From the NCBI GenBank assembly GCA_963783315.1, contig CAWAMZ010000008.1, positions 4,023 to 68,022 of the forward strand: a stretch of DNA of 64,000 nt, in the 5' to 3' direction. The DNA comes from an uncultured Bacteroidales bacterium (GTDB lineage Bacteria > Bacteroidota > Bacteroidia > Bacteroidales > DASQZP01). Of this stretch, positions 27,066 to 37,192 are shown in pieces (position 1 is the stretch's first letter; the number at the start of each line of letters is the position of its first letter). The translations under genes and the position numbers were made by a program. Below the pieces are notes generated by a model. The model did no database searches. It was not told the DNA's origin and was given only the letters and a program-made list of their open reading frames with translations.

Positions 27066-28364
27066 CTAAAGTTTATTGAGCATTTTAAGAAAATTTTCAT
27101 TGGGAGCAAGGCCTTTCCCATCTACAGAAAGTTCTGCTTTTATGCCGGTTACAAAATACATGTCAAACATACCAATATTTTTTGCTTCCACCTTTCCCCG
27201 GTAAACACAATCGAAATACTCCTTTACATATTCGTAAGTTGTCCCGGAAATATTCACCATTCCAACCTCACCGGCGGCTTCCATCCGGCTTGCAATATTA
27301 ACAGTTGTACCCCAAACGTCATAAGCAAATTTATTTTTACCCACAACTCCAGCAATCACCTCCCCGGTATGTATGCCCAGCCGGAGTTCCCAGGCAGACT
27401 CATTATTAAGTAACTTCTGATCATTTAGCTGATTCATATAATGCTGCACTTCCATTCCTGCCAGTACAGCATTAATCGGATTACTCTTGTTGCTCAGCGG
27501 TAATCCTCCTGCACACATGTAGGCGTCTCCGATGGTTTTGATTTTTTCAAGGTAATTATCCTGCATGATCTCATCGAATTTGATAAAATAAGAATCAAGA
27601 ATTCCGATCAGATCTCTTGGGGCCAGCCCTTTACTTAAATTTGAAAAGCCCTTAAAATCGGTAAAAAGAACTGATACCATTTTATAGTGGCGTGGCCTGG
27701 CTTTCCCTTTCGATTTAAGTTGCCTGGCAACCTCAAAGGGTAAGATATTAAGTAACAACTCTTCAGATTTCTGCTGTTCAGCTTCAATTTCAAATTTTTG
27801 CGAACTGATCTCCTTTTTCTGTTCTTCCAGTTTGCTGTTTACATTCTCCAGATACTCCGTAAGGGTCAGCATATCTTCATGCTTCTGATTGAGCAGCTCT
27901 TCCTTTTCTTTGTTGATCCTGGCAAGCCGGTTTAATTCTTCAACCTGTTCGTTTATTTTTTTGTTTTGTTGCTGCAAGGCATGCATGGAATGACTCAATT
28001 TTAAAGCAAAATTGAGTCTCGAAACCAATTCAATCTCATTAATTGGTTTAGCTATAAAATCTACAGCCCCACTGGAAAACGCTTCACCGAGCCTCTCAGG
28101 CTGGGCATAAGCTGTTACTATAAGAACCGGAATGTCTGCAGTACTTTCGTTTTGTTTAAGATATTTCAATACTTCAATCCCAGAAACTTTTGGCATTTTC
28201 CAATCCAGCAAAACCAGGCTTGGAGCCTGGTTCAGGCATATGTCAATTGCCGCTTCCCCATCGGTTGCAGTGATAATTTCATATTCACTTCTGTTGGCAA
28301 GCATTTCTTTGATTACCTCCAGATTTACCTGGTTATCGTCGACGACTAAAATTTTATCCGGCAT
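27066..28364 (-). CDS. Response-regulator receiver / coiled-coil / class III adenylate (or guanylate) cyclase
   Basis: REC: ILVVDDNQVNL...LDWKMP. Coiled-coil linker. CYC: VSVLFTDFKGFS, IGDAYMCAGGLP, LRLGIHTGEVIAGVVG, YDVWGTTVNIASRME. Confidence 0.9.
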   Translation of the reverse strand: MPDKILVVDDNQVNLEVIKEMLANRSEYEIITATDGEAAIDICLNQAPSLVLLDWKMPKVSGIEVLKYLKQNESTADIPVLIVTAYAQPERLGEAFSSGAVDFIAKPINEIELVSRLNFALKLSHSMHALQQQNKKINEQVEELNRLARINKEKEELLNQKHEDMLTLTEYLENVNSKLEEQKKEISSQKFEIEAEQQKSEELLLNILPFEVARQLKSKGKARPRHYKMVSVLFTDFKGFSNLSKGLAPRDLIGILDSYFIKFDEIMQDNYLEKIKTIGDAYMCAGGLPLSNKSNPINAVLAGMEVQHYMNQLNDQKLLNNESAWELRLGIHTGEVIAGVVGKNKFAYDVWGTTVNIASRMEAAGEVGMVNISGTTYEYVKEYFDCVYRGKVEAKNIGMFDMYFVTGIKAELSVDGKGLAPNENFLKMLNKL

Positions 28365-28763
28365 AACATGATCCGTATTCTTTAAAATCTTGTTCAGTTA
28401 GTTAGCTAAAAAGATGAACAGTAATGACATCAAATAACACTCTTCAAACCAAATATCAGCAAAATATACTTATGTAGCAAAATACTCAGTTATTTATATT
28501 TGTATATAACCACATGGATTGCTACTATTCTAATTCATTTTACAGACAATGGACCTGTCAGGCATTTGTAATTCATCATTATCTTATACGGTATGATTAT
28601 GAAAAGTTATACTGAAGTCTTCATTTTTTGATAAAAATAATTTTCTAACAAATTCAAAAAGGAAATGAAAATTTAACTTAAGTAACCGGACAGATTACTT
28701 ACCGGCTTTATATAAAAAGCCATTAGAAATAAAATGGATTATAAATTATTCCGGTTATTTAGA

Positions 28764-29660
28764 CTAAGCCACTACTACTACATCCTGTTCTTTCAGGTAT
28801 TCAATTTGCTCAGCAGGCACCCTGTTTCCGATTACATTGACATATTCCAGATTGGGAAGGTCATAAAGGGCAGAAATATCATCAATCTCATTGCGGGAAA
28901 GATCTACAATGCGTAACCGTGAAAGATTGTTCAGTGGATCAATTAAACCAATCTGGTTATCGGCAAGGTATAACTCCTCAACCATTTCAAGCTCCCATAA
29001 ATCAGTAATATCAACAATTTGATTTCCGGAAAGATCCAGAATTCTGACATGTGTACAATATTGAATTCCGTCGAGATCCATAATTTCATATTCCGCCATG
29101 TCAATTTCGTCGAAGTCTTCAAGATAATAGGGTGGAAACTGCACATAAAGACTACCGTAAATCTTACGTTTTACTGCCCTGTAAAAAGAGCTGTTTGGCT
29201 CAGGAATTCCAGTTTGTGAAGTATATATATCATCGTGTTCATTACTGCTGTCAAAGAAATATTCAAAACCATTGTCCTGGTAGTCCCATTCATATTGTGG
29301 AGCGTAATCAATATCCTCATCTATATTAAATTTCTCTTCAACCACCCAGTCCTCAATATCCTGAATCTTGAGTATATGCTCAAATTGTTTGAATTCATTG
29401 CTTTTGCCTGCTTTTTGTAACTGATCAATTTCTTCCCGGTAATAGGCTCCCCTATCCGGGTGATACAGCATTACCAGCTTCGAAAAGCATTTGTTTATCT
29501 GTTCATCATCAAACTCAACATATTCCGAAACAATACGGGAAATCTTCTGAATTTCTTCATATTGCCGGCTTTTATAAAGATCAATAATACATGCAGTTAT
29601 CCTGTTCAGATTGGAATCTGTATAAGCTTCAGTTAACTGTGTATATAAACTCTGACTCAT
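28764..29660 (-). CDS. J-domain-like / leucine-rich-repeat fusion protein
   Basis: 298 aa with no signal peptide. FSKLVMLYHPDRG (HPD motif). C-terminal internalin-type LRRs (LDLSGNQIVDITDL, LYLADNQIGLIDPL, VDLSRNEIDDISAL). Confidence 0.65.
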   Translation of the reverse strand: MSQSLYTQLTEAYTDSNLNRITACIIDLYKSRQYEEIQKISRIVSEYVEFDDEQINKCFSKLVMLYHPDRGAYYREEIDQLQKAGKSNEFKQFEHILKIQDIEDWVVEEKFNIDEDIDYAPQYEWDYQDNGFEYFFDSSNEHDDIYTSQTGIPEPNSSFYRAVKRKIYGSLYVQFPPYYLEDFDEIDMAEYEIMDLDGIQYCTHVRILDLSGNQIVDITDLWELEMVEELYLADNQIGLIDPLNNLSRLRIVDLSRNEIDDISALYDLPNLEYVNVIGNRVPAEQIEYLKEQDVVVVA

Positions 29661-29820
29661 ATTGCATCCTTAAACTTGAAAACACCGAAAAAATATTCCA
29701 TTTTCAAACACACAAAACTAAATCAAACATATTCAAAATACAGGGGATTACAAATATTTTTGAAGGGAAACCTGCTGTTTTTTCGTGATCAGTCTAATAA
29801 TCTGATCACCCCGAACACAT

Positions 29821-30966
29821 TTACATGATTATCCGGGATGCCTCCTGATATTGATCAACTTCGGTATTTCTCCACCATTTTTTAGTAGTGGAATGATCAT
29901 GAACGGGGAAAACTTCACCTATTTTGGGTGTAATAACCCGAATATCCTTATTAATCGATTCTTTTGCAAGACGTTCCATGGGTTCGGTCCAGGGATGAAG
30001 GCTAAGTTTGAATTTTCCCCAGTGGATGGGGAGTAACATTTTGCCTTTGAGATCAAGATGTGCAAGGGCAGTTTGTTCCGGCATCATATGAATAAACGGC
30101 CATGCTTTATTATACTGGCCACATTCGAGCATAGTCAGATCAAAGGGGCCAAACTGTTCACCAATTTCTTTAAAGTGTTTCCCGTAACCGGAATCGGCAC
30201 CATAAAAAATGTTATAGTTATCTGTCTTGACAATATACGAACACCAAAGCGTTGAATTCCGGTCTGCCAAACTGCGTCCCGAAAAATGTCTTGCCGTCGT
30301 AATAGCGAGTTGCGTGTTATTGTTAACCATATAATTACCTTCCCACCTAACTTCAACCACTTTTTCAGGATCTACGCCCCAGCGAAAAAGATGTGCTGCC
30401 ACCCCAAGCGGAACATAGAAAGATTTTACCTTATGACTGATCTTTTTAATTGTTTGCATATCCAAATGGTCGTAATGATCATGGGAGATCAAAACCAAAT
30501 CGATTTCCGGCAGATCATCCGGATTAAAATCATGACTGTATGGAAAACTCGTTGTCCCCATGAATTTAACCGGTGAAATTCTCTTACTGAAAACAGGATC
30601 TGTAAGTATAATATATCCTTTTATATTTAGCATTACTGTTGAATGACCAAACCAGACAAGTGAAAGCCCCAATGATGACCCTATAAAATTTTGCTGGTCA
30701 AACGGAACAACATTGACAGGTTCGGCAGGCTTCCCATTTTCAGTACCACTCATAAACCCTCGGATAACTGACCAAAATGATATGTTCTTATCATACATGG
30801 GTGTATCCTGCCTGTTATGAAATTTCCCATCCTGATAATCCTTCGATTTCTTCATCCGGTCAAGCGTATGCTTACCTGGCCTGCCCCCGAAAGCCGGATT
30901 CAGTATAAAAAAAAGAATAATTACAGTCACCACTGTAACAATGCAAATCAAAATAACTTCAGTCAT
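29821..30966 (-). CDS. Membrane-anchored MBL-fold metallo-hydrolase (NAPE-PLD-like)
   Basis: N-terminal TM helix. ISHDHYDHLD metallo-beta-lactamase motif. Confidence 0.8.
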   Translation of the reverse strand: MTEVILICIVTVVTVIILFFILNPAFGGRPGKHTLDRMKKSKDYQDGKFHNRQDTPMYDKNISFWSVIRGFMSGTENGKPAEPVNVVPFDQQNFIGSSLGLSLVWFGHSTVMLNIKGYIILTDPVFSKRISPVKFMGTTSFPYSHDFNPDDLPEIDLVLISHDHYDHLDMQTIKKISHKVKSFYVPLGVAAHLFRWGVDPEKVVEVRWEGNYMVNNNTQLAITTARHFSGRSLADRNSTLWCSYIVKTDNYNIFYGADSGYGKHFKEIGEQFGPFDLTMLECGQYNKAWPFIHMMPEQTALAHLDLKGKMLLPIHWGKFKLSLHPWTEPMERLAKESINKDIRVITPKIGEVFPVHDHSTTKKWWRNTEVDQYQEASRIIM

Positions 30967-31159
30967 AAATTATCCGGCTTTAAAGAAAAGAATCAATGTA
31001 ATCGGTTTGATAAATGAAAATAATATCAAGCTGCATGATTCTGAAAATGTTCGCAACAATGGTATTGTACTGACATTAAATGTAACTGTTACACACTTAA
31101 ACACCAGTAGATTCTTTTTGTTGAATTACATACAATTTCCTTCCGGAAAATATCATTTT

Positions 31160-32335
31160 TTAGAAACCCGGCCGAATAAATTCCTTGAGATTTGACTTCA
31201 GGATAGTTATAAGTTCCTGCATATTTGAAGTACTTGTTTCTGTGAATAGAAAACCGAAAACCGGATATTGATGATAGTCTATCTTTCTAAGCTCCAGGGG
31301 ATGATCAAAAGTATCCAGTAATTTATCATAATCAAACGAATGGATTTCATCAACTTGGAAACCGGTACTGTTATCAAGAACTATTACACTATAAACCTTG
31401 TTTTCTTTACCTTTAAGTATCTTATTCCAGTCAGGTTTTCTACCATTCAAAAAATATTCATATGAATTGAATCCATAGGAAAACCACGTCATATCAGCTG
31501 TGGTGCACCATCCGCCAAATCTGAGAGGATTAACTTCAACTGGCACAATAAGACCGGATTCATCCACCCTCAGTTCTGCATGCAAAGGAAAATTTCTCAA
31601 GCCTGTCATATCCCCGATTTTTTGGAGATAAGCTCCGAACTTTGAAAGCCACTGCTCAATAATGTCTTTTGAACTTATGTATACCCGGTCACTAACATCT
31701 ATATCAGAACCAAACAGATGTTCAAAAATATTTAAAACAGTAATCTTCCCTTCACTATCAAAATAAGCATCTATGGCAAATTCAGTTCCGGTTATATATT
31801 CTTCAACAATAAACTTCGAAGTATTTAATACCTCTTCCGGGTACAGATGAGCTATCTGGTCAATCTCTTCATGCAATTGTTTAATAGTTGTTTTCCATTC
31901 AGCAACACTGTTAACCCGGTAAACTCCCATACTAAAAAAACCTACTGCAGGCTTGATAATAACAGGTAATATAAATTCATCTGCATTAGCTGAATCGAGC
32001 TGTTCAAATTTCAAAATTTTGAAAAAATACTCAGGATGCAGATCAATCATAGATTCTCTGAAAGAACCTTTATCCTTAAAAAGGTTAATTTTCCCGGGCA
32101 AATCGCTGAATTGTAAATTTCTTGCTATCCAACCCAGGGCATTTTCAGAATTTGAATACAAAGGATAATCTTTCTTTGACTTTAATTTATCAATCGCATC
32201 ATTTTCCGTAACATAAATAATATCCTCCCCTTTTAGGTGCTTTTCTGCTGCGGGTGTTAAAATTACAGGAATTTTATGTTTTACCAGCGTCTCTTTAAGA
32301 AACGGAGATACATAAGGATCATCAAGGAGAATCAT
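31160..32335 (-). CDS. ATP-grasp domain protein
   Basis: 391 aa. PVIIKPAVGFFSMGVYRV, EEYITGTEFAIDAYF, HAELRVD...PVEVNPLRFGG. Confidence 0.7.
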   Translation of the reverse strand: MILLDDPYVSPFLKETLVKHKIPVILTPAAEKHLKGEDIIYVTENDAIDKLKSKKDYPLYSNSENALGWIARNLQFSDLPGKINLFKDKGSFRESMIDLHPEYFFKILKFEQLDSANADEFILPVIIKPAVGFFSMGVYRVNSVAEWKTTIKQLHEEIDQIAHLYPEEVLNTSKFIVEEYITGTEFAIDAYFDSEGKITVLNIFEHLFGSDIDVSDRVYISSKDIIEQWLSKFGAYLQKIGDMTGLRNFPLHAELRVDESGLIVPVEVNPLRFGGWCTTADMTWFSYGFNSYEYFLNGRKPDWNKILKGKENKVYSVIVLDNSTGFQVDEIHSFDYDKLLDTFDHPLELRKIDYHQYPVFGFLFTETSTSNMQELITILKSNLKEFIRPGF

Positions 32336-32520
32336 ATTGTATATATTCTATTTGTTAAAATTCAAAAATAGCTCCTTTTATGAAGCCTCCATTAATATTT
32401 CGAATGAAAATTTAATATTTTACCATCAAATTTGTAATGTACAATTAATTATTACTAACTTTAGTAGTAATAAATGATTAGAATTCAAATTATTGCATCC
32501 GTAATCCAAAACTTTCAGTT

Positions 32521-33147
32521 ATGTTCAGATCCTTATCAATAATTGTCACCGGCTTAATTTTTCTGCTTACAACAGTTAAAGCGCAAAATTCTCCTGAATG
32601 GTCGAGCAGAACACTCCAGTTACCAAAAGGTGTACCACCACAGTTGTTACCAGACAATGGTTCAAAGGGGGCACAACTGGAAACAAAATTTTGTGTAAGC
32701 TGTCATGGTATTCCTTCGCCAGCCAGCCATAGTGCTTCTGACTGGGTGCCGGTTATGCGCCGAATGGTTCTGCGAATGGAAAGAGTCGGTTCTATGGGAA
32801 TGATGGGCGGAATGATGGGAAAAAGAAAGATGGGAATGCAACAAATACCTGTACCCAACGAATCTGAACAGCAAGAAATATTATCATACCTGCAAAATCA
32901 TGGATTAAAATCAGTATCCAAAGAAAAAATAAATGCTGAAGAAAGTCATGGAGCAAAATTATTTGTTTCAGACTGCAAAAAATGTCATGCTCTACCCGAT
33001 CCGGAACAACACAGCGCCGCAGACTGGCCTGGCATAGTTACCAGGATGCGGACACATCTGAAACAATATCAGCTAAAAGATCTTTCTGATCAGGACGCAG
33101 AGGCCATTATTACCTGGCTGCAAGAACATGCCGGAAAACTCAAATAA
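32521..33147 (+). CDS. Secreted diheme c-type cytochrome with a Met-rich linker
   Basis: Signal peptide. Two CxxCH motifs (CVSCH, CKKCH) in two homologous half-domains. Linker MERVGSMGMMGGMMGKRKMGM. Confidence 0.75.
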   Translation: MFRSLSIIVTGLIFLLTTVKAQNSPEWSSRTLQLPKGVPPQLLPDNGSKGAQLETKFCVSCHGIPSPASHSASDWVPVMRRMVLRMERVGSMGMMGGMMGKRKMGMQQIPVPNESEQQEILSYLQNHGLKSVSKEKINAEESHGAKLFVSDCKKCHALPDPEQHSAADWPGIVTRMRTHLKQYQLKDLSDQDAEAIITWLQEHAGKLK

Positions 33148-33164
33148 TAAAACGTAACTGTAAT

Positions 33165-33788
33165 TTATTTCGGGTTGTTACTTTTGTACTTGTTTAGTTC
33201 ATTATGGTATTTGCGAACAATTTCTTCCTCGCGGCGAAGGGCTTTTTTTCTGAACTCTTCAAATTCCTCCCTGGTTTCCTGCAGATCTTTGCTGGTTCTG
33301 ACAGTAACAAAATTACTCCTCTTAAACAGAAGCAGAAAAATTATCATACCAGCAGCAAGAAAAACGACTAAAGTCCACATGATACCGTTATATGAAGTCT
33401 TCTCCACCTTCAACCCAAGAAATGAGAGACTGTTTCGCTCTTCAACTGCATTGTTAAGGTCTGCTTTTGTCTGTGCCAATGATGTTTTCAGAGAATCAAT
33501 TCTCTGATCCCGCATAGCTGTAAGCTGATGTGAATGGTCCAGTTTATTTTGCAGTTCATTTAATGAATCAGCAACATGTGATTTCAACTTGTTCATCCAG
33601 GCAAGCTTAATAACTTTATATTCTTCGTAGCGACTGGATTTATCCAGTACATACTGAAACTGGTTTTCAATTGTACCGTTGTCAAGTGAAGGTTGTTCAA
33701 CAGTTTCCTGAGCATTTGCATTACCCGGTAATGAAAAATTTACTAAAACAATGATTACTAATAAAGTAAAAAATTTTGCAGACTTCAT
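33165..33788 (-). CDS. Secreted/membrane-anchored coiled-coil protein, unknown function
   Basis: Signal peptide, coiled-coil region, one TM helix and a basic C-terminus. Confidence 0.5.
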   Translation of the reverse strand: MKSAKFFTLLVIIVLVNFSLPGNANAQETVEQPSLDNGTIENQFQYVLDKSSRYEEYKVIKLAWMNKLKSHVADSLNELQNKLDHSHQLTAMRDQRIDSLKTSLAQTKADLNNAVEERNSLSFLGLKVEKTSYNGIMWTLVVFLAAGMIIFLLLFKRSNFVTVRTSKDLQETREEFEEFRKKALRREEEIVRKYHNELNKYKSNNPK

Positions 33789-33941
33789 ATTTTTTATTTT
33801 TTTATGGCCAACGTTTGTTTACGGATGTTTAAGTAACGACTGTACTTACAAATAATTGCATAAAATTAAAAAAAATATAACATTCCGGCTATTCTTCATT
33901 AATTTTGATTTGACAATAACTATTATGAATTAATCCTGATA

Positions 33942-34697
33942 CTAAAAAACCATAACTATTCCGGCTGTGCCACTGATATAATCGACTGCCGGGTAAAAAG
34001 ACATTCGTTTTGTCTGAAAGGGATGCCAGTTTTTAAGGGGCTGAAAATAATAGACCAGATTGGTCACAACCATACCAATTCCGGCACCTGCAAGAACATC
34101 AGGCAGCCAGTGATGGTTGTTGGTAATCCGCAATATGCCGGTAGCAGAAGAAAATACATATCCACTGCAGGCCAGGGCCATACTGGTTTCATTAAATTCC
34201 CGGTAAAGAACTGTGGCACTGGCAAACGACTGTGAAGTATGGCCGGAAGGAAATGAGTGCTCTGTTCCATCCGGACGGGTTACATTTGCGACCGGCTTCA
34301 GAAAATGCACGATTGCCGCTGTGAATAATTCTGAAATAAACAGGTATTTTGTCTGATCAAAAACAGTATTTCTGGCTTTTACTCCCGATAAATCTGCTGC
34401 GTATAATTCCACAACCGGAACATACTGAAGGTAATTTTCCACTTTTGTATGCGTGTTTGGAAACTTTTGCTGAATTGTAACTTTGACATCTCCCAGATTC
34501 AGCAAAATACCGGTTGTGAGCAAAGCACCAGGTAAAATCTGGGATTTTAATGTAACAGCTTTCCACCCGGCTGAATCATTAAGATTTTGAAAAGAACCTT
34601 TTTGTCCATATGTACAATTGGAGACAACCCCAAAAAGTATGATCATTGAAAAAAGTCTGATGCGGGTAAAAACGCTATTCATGAGAGGTTTCTGCAT
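33942..34697 (-). CDS. PAP2-family phosphatase
   Basis: SFPSGHTS and NNHHWLPDVLAG acid-phosphatase motifs. Confidence 0.85.
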   Translation of the reverse strand: MQKPLMNSVFTRIRLFSMIILFGVVSNCTYGQKGSFQNLNDSAGWKAVTLKSQILPGALLTTGILLNLGDVKVTIQQKFPNTHTKVENYLQYVPVVELYAADLSGVKARNTVFDQTKYLFISELFTAAIVHFLKPVANVTRPDGTEHSFPSGHTSQSFASATVLYREFNETSMALACSGYVFSSATGILRITNNHHWLPDVLAGAGIGMVVTNLVYYFQPLKNWHPFQTKRMSFYPAVDYISGTAGIVMVF

Positions 34698-34990
34698 AAA
34701 AATATAATAAATTAAATCAGTAAAATAAAACAGCGCGCAAGTTATGCAAAATAAAATTAGCTTACCCGGAAATTCATTCAGGCACTTCCCGATTTTTCTT
34801 ACACTAACTAAATTCTGATATTTTTTTAAATCCAGAATATTTTAACCACCAATGTATTACGTATTTTTAGCATACACCATAAATTTGGAATCGAATTCCC
34901 GGCTTTTTAATGGTAAATTTAGTTCCTTTACACGTTTTTTTATCCAAATTAACGGAGCCTTCATTTACGACAACATAATATTTAATTAAA

Positions 34991-36928
34991 ATGAAAAAGA
35001 TTAAAGAGTACCTTGATGGAAATATTTATGTATCCCTTATTTACAGAATTTTGATAGTTTATCTGCTCTATACGTTGACAAGAGCAGCTTTCCTTATATA
35101 CAACTATAGTTTATTCAGTGGATTAGATTTTAAGGAGATATTTCATATTTTCACCGGAGGACTTGTATTTGATACTTCGGCTATTGTCTACACAAATATT
35201 CTTTTTGTAATTTTATATCTGGTTCCTTTTAAGTTCAGGCATCATAAAACTTATCAGCGAATCCTGATGTATGTATTTTTCATCACCAACGGAATTGCGC
35301 TGGTTGCTAATTGTGCTGATATCCCTTATTATAAATTTGTATTGAAGCGGACCACCATGGATTTTATCGGGCAGTTTAAACACGAGCAAAATCTCTGGGC
35401 GCTGACTTTTAAATTTCTGATCGATTTCTGGCAAATCACGGTTTTTTGGATTTTGATGATGCTATTAATGGTTTGGTTATATTTAAAAGTAAAAGTTAAT
35501 CCGCCAAAAATAAAATCAAATTTATTATACACTGGCGTTGGTCTGGTAATGCTGGCTGTGTTTTCAGGATTGTCCGTTGCCGGTGCAAGGGGTGGTTTCA
35601 GACACAGTACACGGCCAATTACACTAAGTAATGCCGGCCAGTATGTGACCGACCCCAATAATATGTCGATTGTTCTGAACACGCCTTTTACCCTTATTCA
35701 GACCATCGAAGCAAAACCATTGCAAAAAGAGGACTATTTTACCAGTGACGAACTTGAAAAAATATATTCTCCCCTGCATACTCCCAACCATGATACAGTT
35801 AGAAAAGACAATGTGGTGATCTTTATCATTGAAAGTTTCAATAAGGAGTTTATCGGAAGCCTGAACAAGGATTTGGATAACGGTCATTATGAGGGTTATA
35901 CGCCTTTCATTGATTCCCTGATTCCGCATAGTCTTGTCTTTCAGCATTCCTATGCTAACGGGCGCAAATCTATTGATGCAATTCCATCGGTTTTAACCGG
36001 TATCCCTTCAATAAAAAGGCCTTTCATATTAACTACCTATTTTTCAGATGATCTGAACAGTTTGCCCGGTCTTCTCAAACAAAAAGGCTACAAATCTGCA
36101 TTCTTTCACGGAGCACCTAATGGCTCCATGGGTTTCCTTGCATTTACCAATATTATAGGAGTTGATGAATATTATGGTAAAGATGAATACAATAACAATG
36201 CTGATTTCGATGGTATCTGGGGTATCTGGGACGAAGAATTTATGCAGTATTATGCCAATCAGCTTGATACATTTAAACAGCCTTTTGTGGCAGCTCTTTT
36301 CTCTGTGTCTTCCCATCATCCGTTTAAGCTGCCGGAGCGATATAAAGATCGTTTTAAAGGCGATGATTTTCCACTGCAGAAATGTATCCGGTATACCGAC
36401 TATTCACTGCGCCGCTTTTTTCAAACTGCCAGTAAGATGCCCTGGTTTAAAAATACACTTTTTGTGATCACGGCTGATCATGTATCACTTAATCAACGTC
36501 CGGAATATAAGAATGATGTCGGATATTTTTCGATCCCTATTATATTCTATAAACCCGGAAGTGATCTGGTAGGTGTCGATTCTGTTACCAACGCCCAGCA
36601 AATCGATATCATGCCGACAATACTTGATTACCTCGGGTATGACAAGGATTATATTGCTTTTGGCAAGGATTTGTTTCACACACGCCGGCCAAATTTCACA
36701 ATTAATTATTTGAACGGCACGTATCGCTTGTTTTTAAACAATTATCTGCTGATTTCAGATGGCAACAAACCACTTGAGTTGTATAATGTGGTTAATGACC
36801 GCCAGGTGAGTGCCAATATCATGGATCAGCATCCTGAACAGACTGCCACCATGATGAAATTTATGAAAGCTTTTATCCAGCAATATAATAACAGGCTGAT
36901 TGAAAACCGGATGGTTCCAGGCAGATAG
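34991..36928 (+). CDS. LtaS-family sulfatase / phosphoglycerol-transferase-like membrane enzyme
   Basis: 645 aa. N-terminal polytopic region plus an alkaline-phosphatase-superfamily domain (VIFIIESF, ITADH). Confidence 0.8.
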   Translation: MKKIKEYLDGNIYVSLIYRILIVYLLYTLTRAAFLIYNYSLFSGLDFKEIFHIFTGGLVFDTSAIVYTNILFVILYLVPFKFRHHKTYQRILMYVFFITNGIALVANCADIPYYKFVLKRTTMDFIGQFKHEQNLWALTFKFLIDFWQITVFWILMMLLMVWLYLKVKVNPPKIKSNLLYTGVGLVMLAVFSGLSVAGARGGFRHSTRPITLSNAGQYVTDPNNMSIVLNTPFTLIQTIEAKPLQKEDYFTSDELEKIYSPLHTPNHDTVRKDNVVIFIIESFNKEFIGSLNKDLDNGHYEGYTPFIDSLIPHSLVFQHSYANGRKSIDAIPSVLTGIPSIKRPFILTTYFSDDLNSLPGLLKQKGYKSAFFHGAPNGSMGFLAFTNIIGVDEYYGKDEYNNNADFDGIWGIWDEEFMQYYANQLDTFKQPFVAALFSVSSHHPFKLPERYKDRFKGDDFPLQKCIRYTDYSLRRFFQTASKMPWFKNTLFVITADHVSLNQRPEYKNDVGYFSIPIIFYKPGSDLVGVDSVTNAQQIDIMPTILDYLGYDKDYIAFGKDLFHTRRPNFTINYLNGTYRLFLNNYLLISDGNKPLELYNVVNDRQVSANIMDQHPEQTATMMKFMKAFIQQYNNRLIENRMVPGR

Positions 36929-36958
36929 ATATCAATAATTTTAAAATATTACATCCTG

Positions 36959-37000
36959 TCCTGTACCAACCAAAACTGGTTGGTACAGGATTTTTTTTTT
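36959..37000 (+). terminator. Rho-independent terminator
   Basis: TCCTGTACCAACCA-AAAC-TGGTTGGTACAGGA followed by T10. Confidence 0.9.
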
Positions 37001-37192
37001 GGAAAACATTTAGAGTTTTCAACTGGGGAAGATTCTATTAAATTCATCTTTAGAAAATCCTAATTACTAAACATATTCTCACTTTTTTGGTTTAATAAAC
37101 TGAATGATAACCGTGAATAAAGCTGTTAAAGCAGAATGGCAGAAAATAAAAGTACCAGATTGCCTGAAACTCATCAAAAACCTGTTTATTAA

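Noticed and set aside
27066-28364. Cyclase as part of a Pycsar/CBASS-like antiphage system
   Set aside because: The cyclase is fused to a receiver domain and a coiled coil, which is typical signalling architecture. No adjacent TIR, TM, patatin or nuclease effector gene is present.
20412-34990. Genomic island or prophage spanning the run of unrelated single genes
   Set aside because: There is no integrase, tRNA target, direct-repeat boundary, phage structural gene or conjugation gene. The gene content looks like ordinary chromosomal housekeeping and accessory functions.
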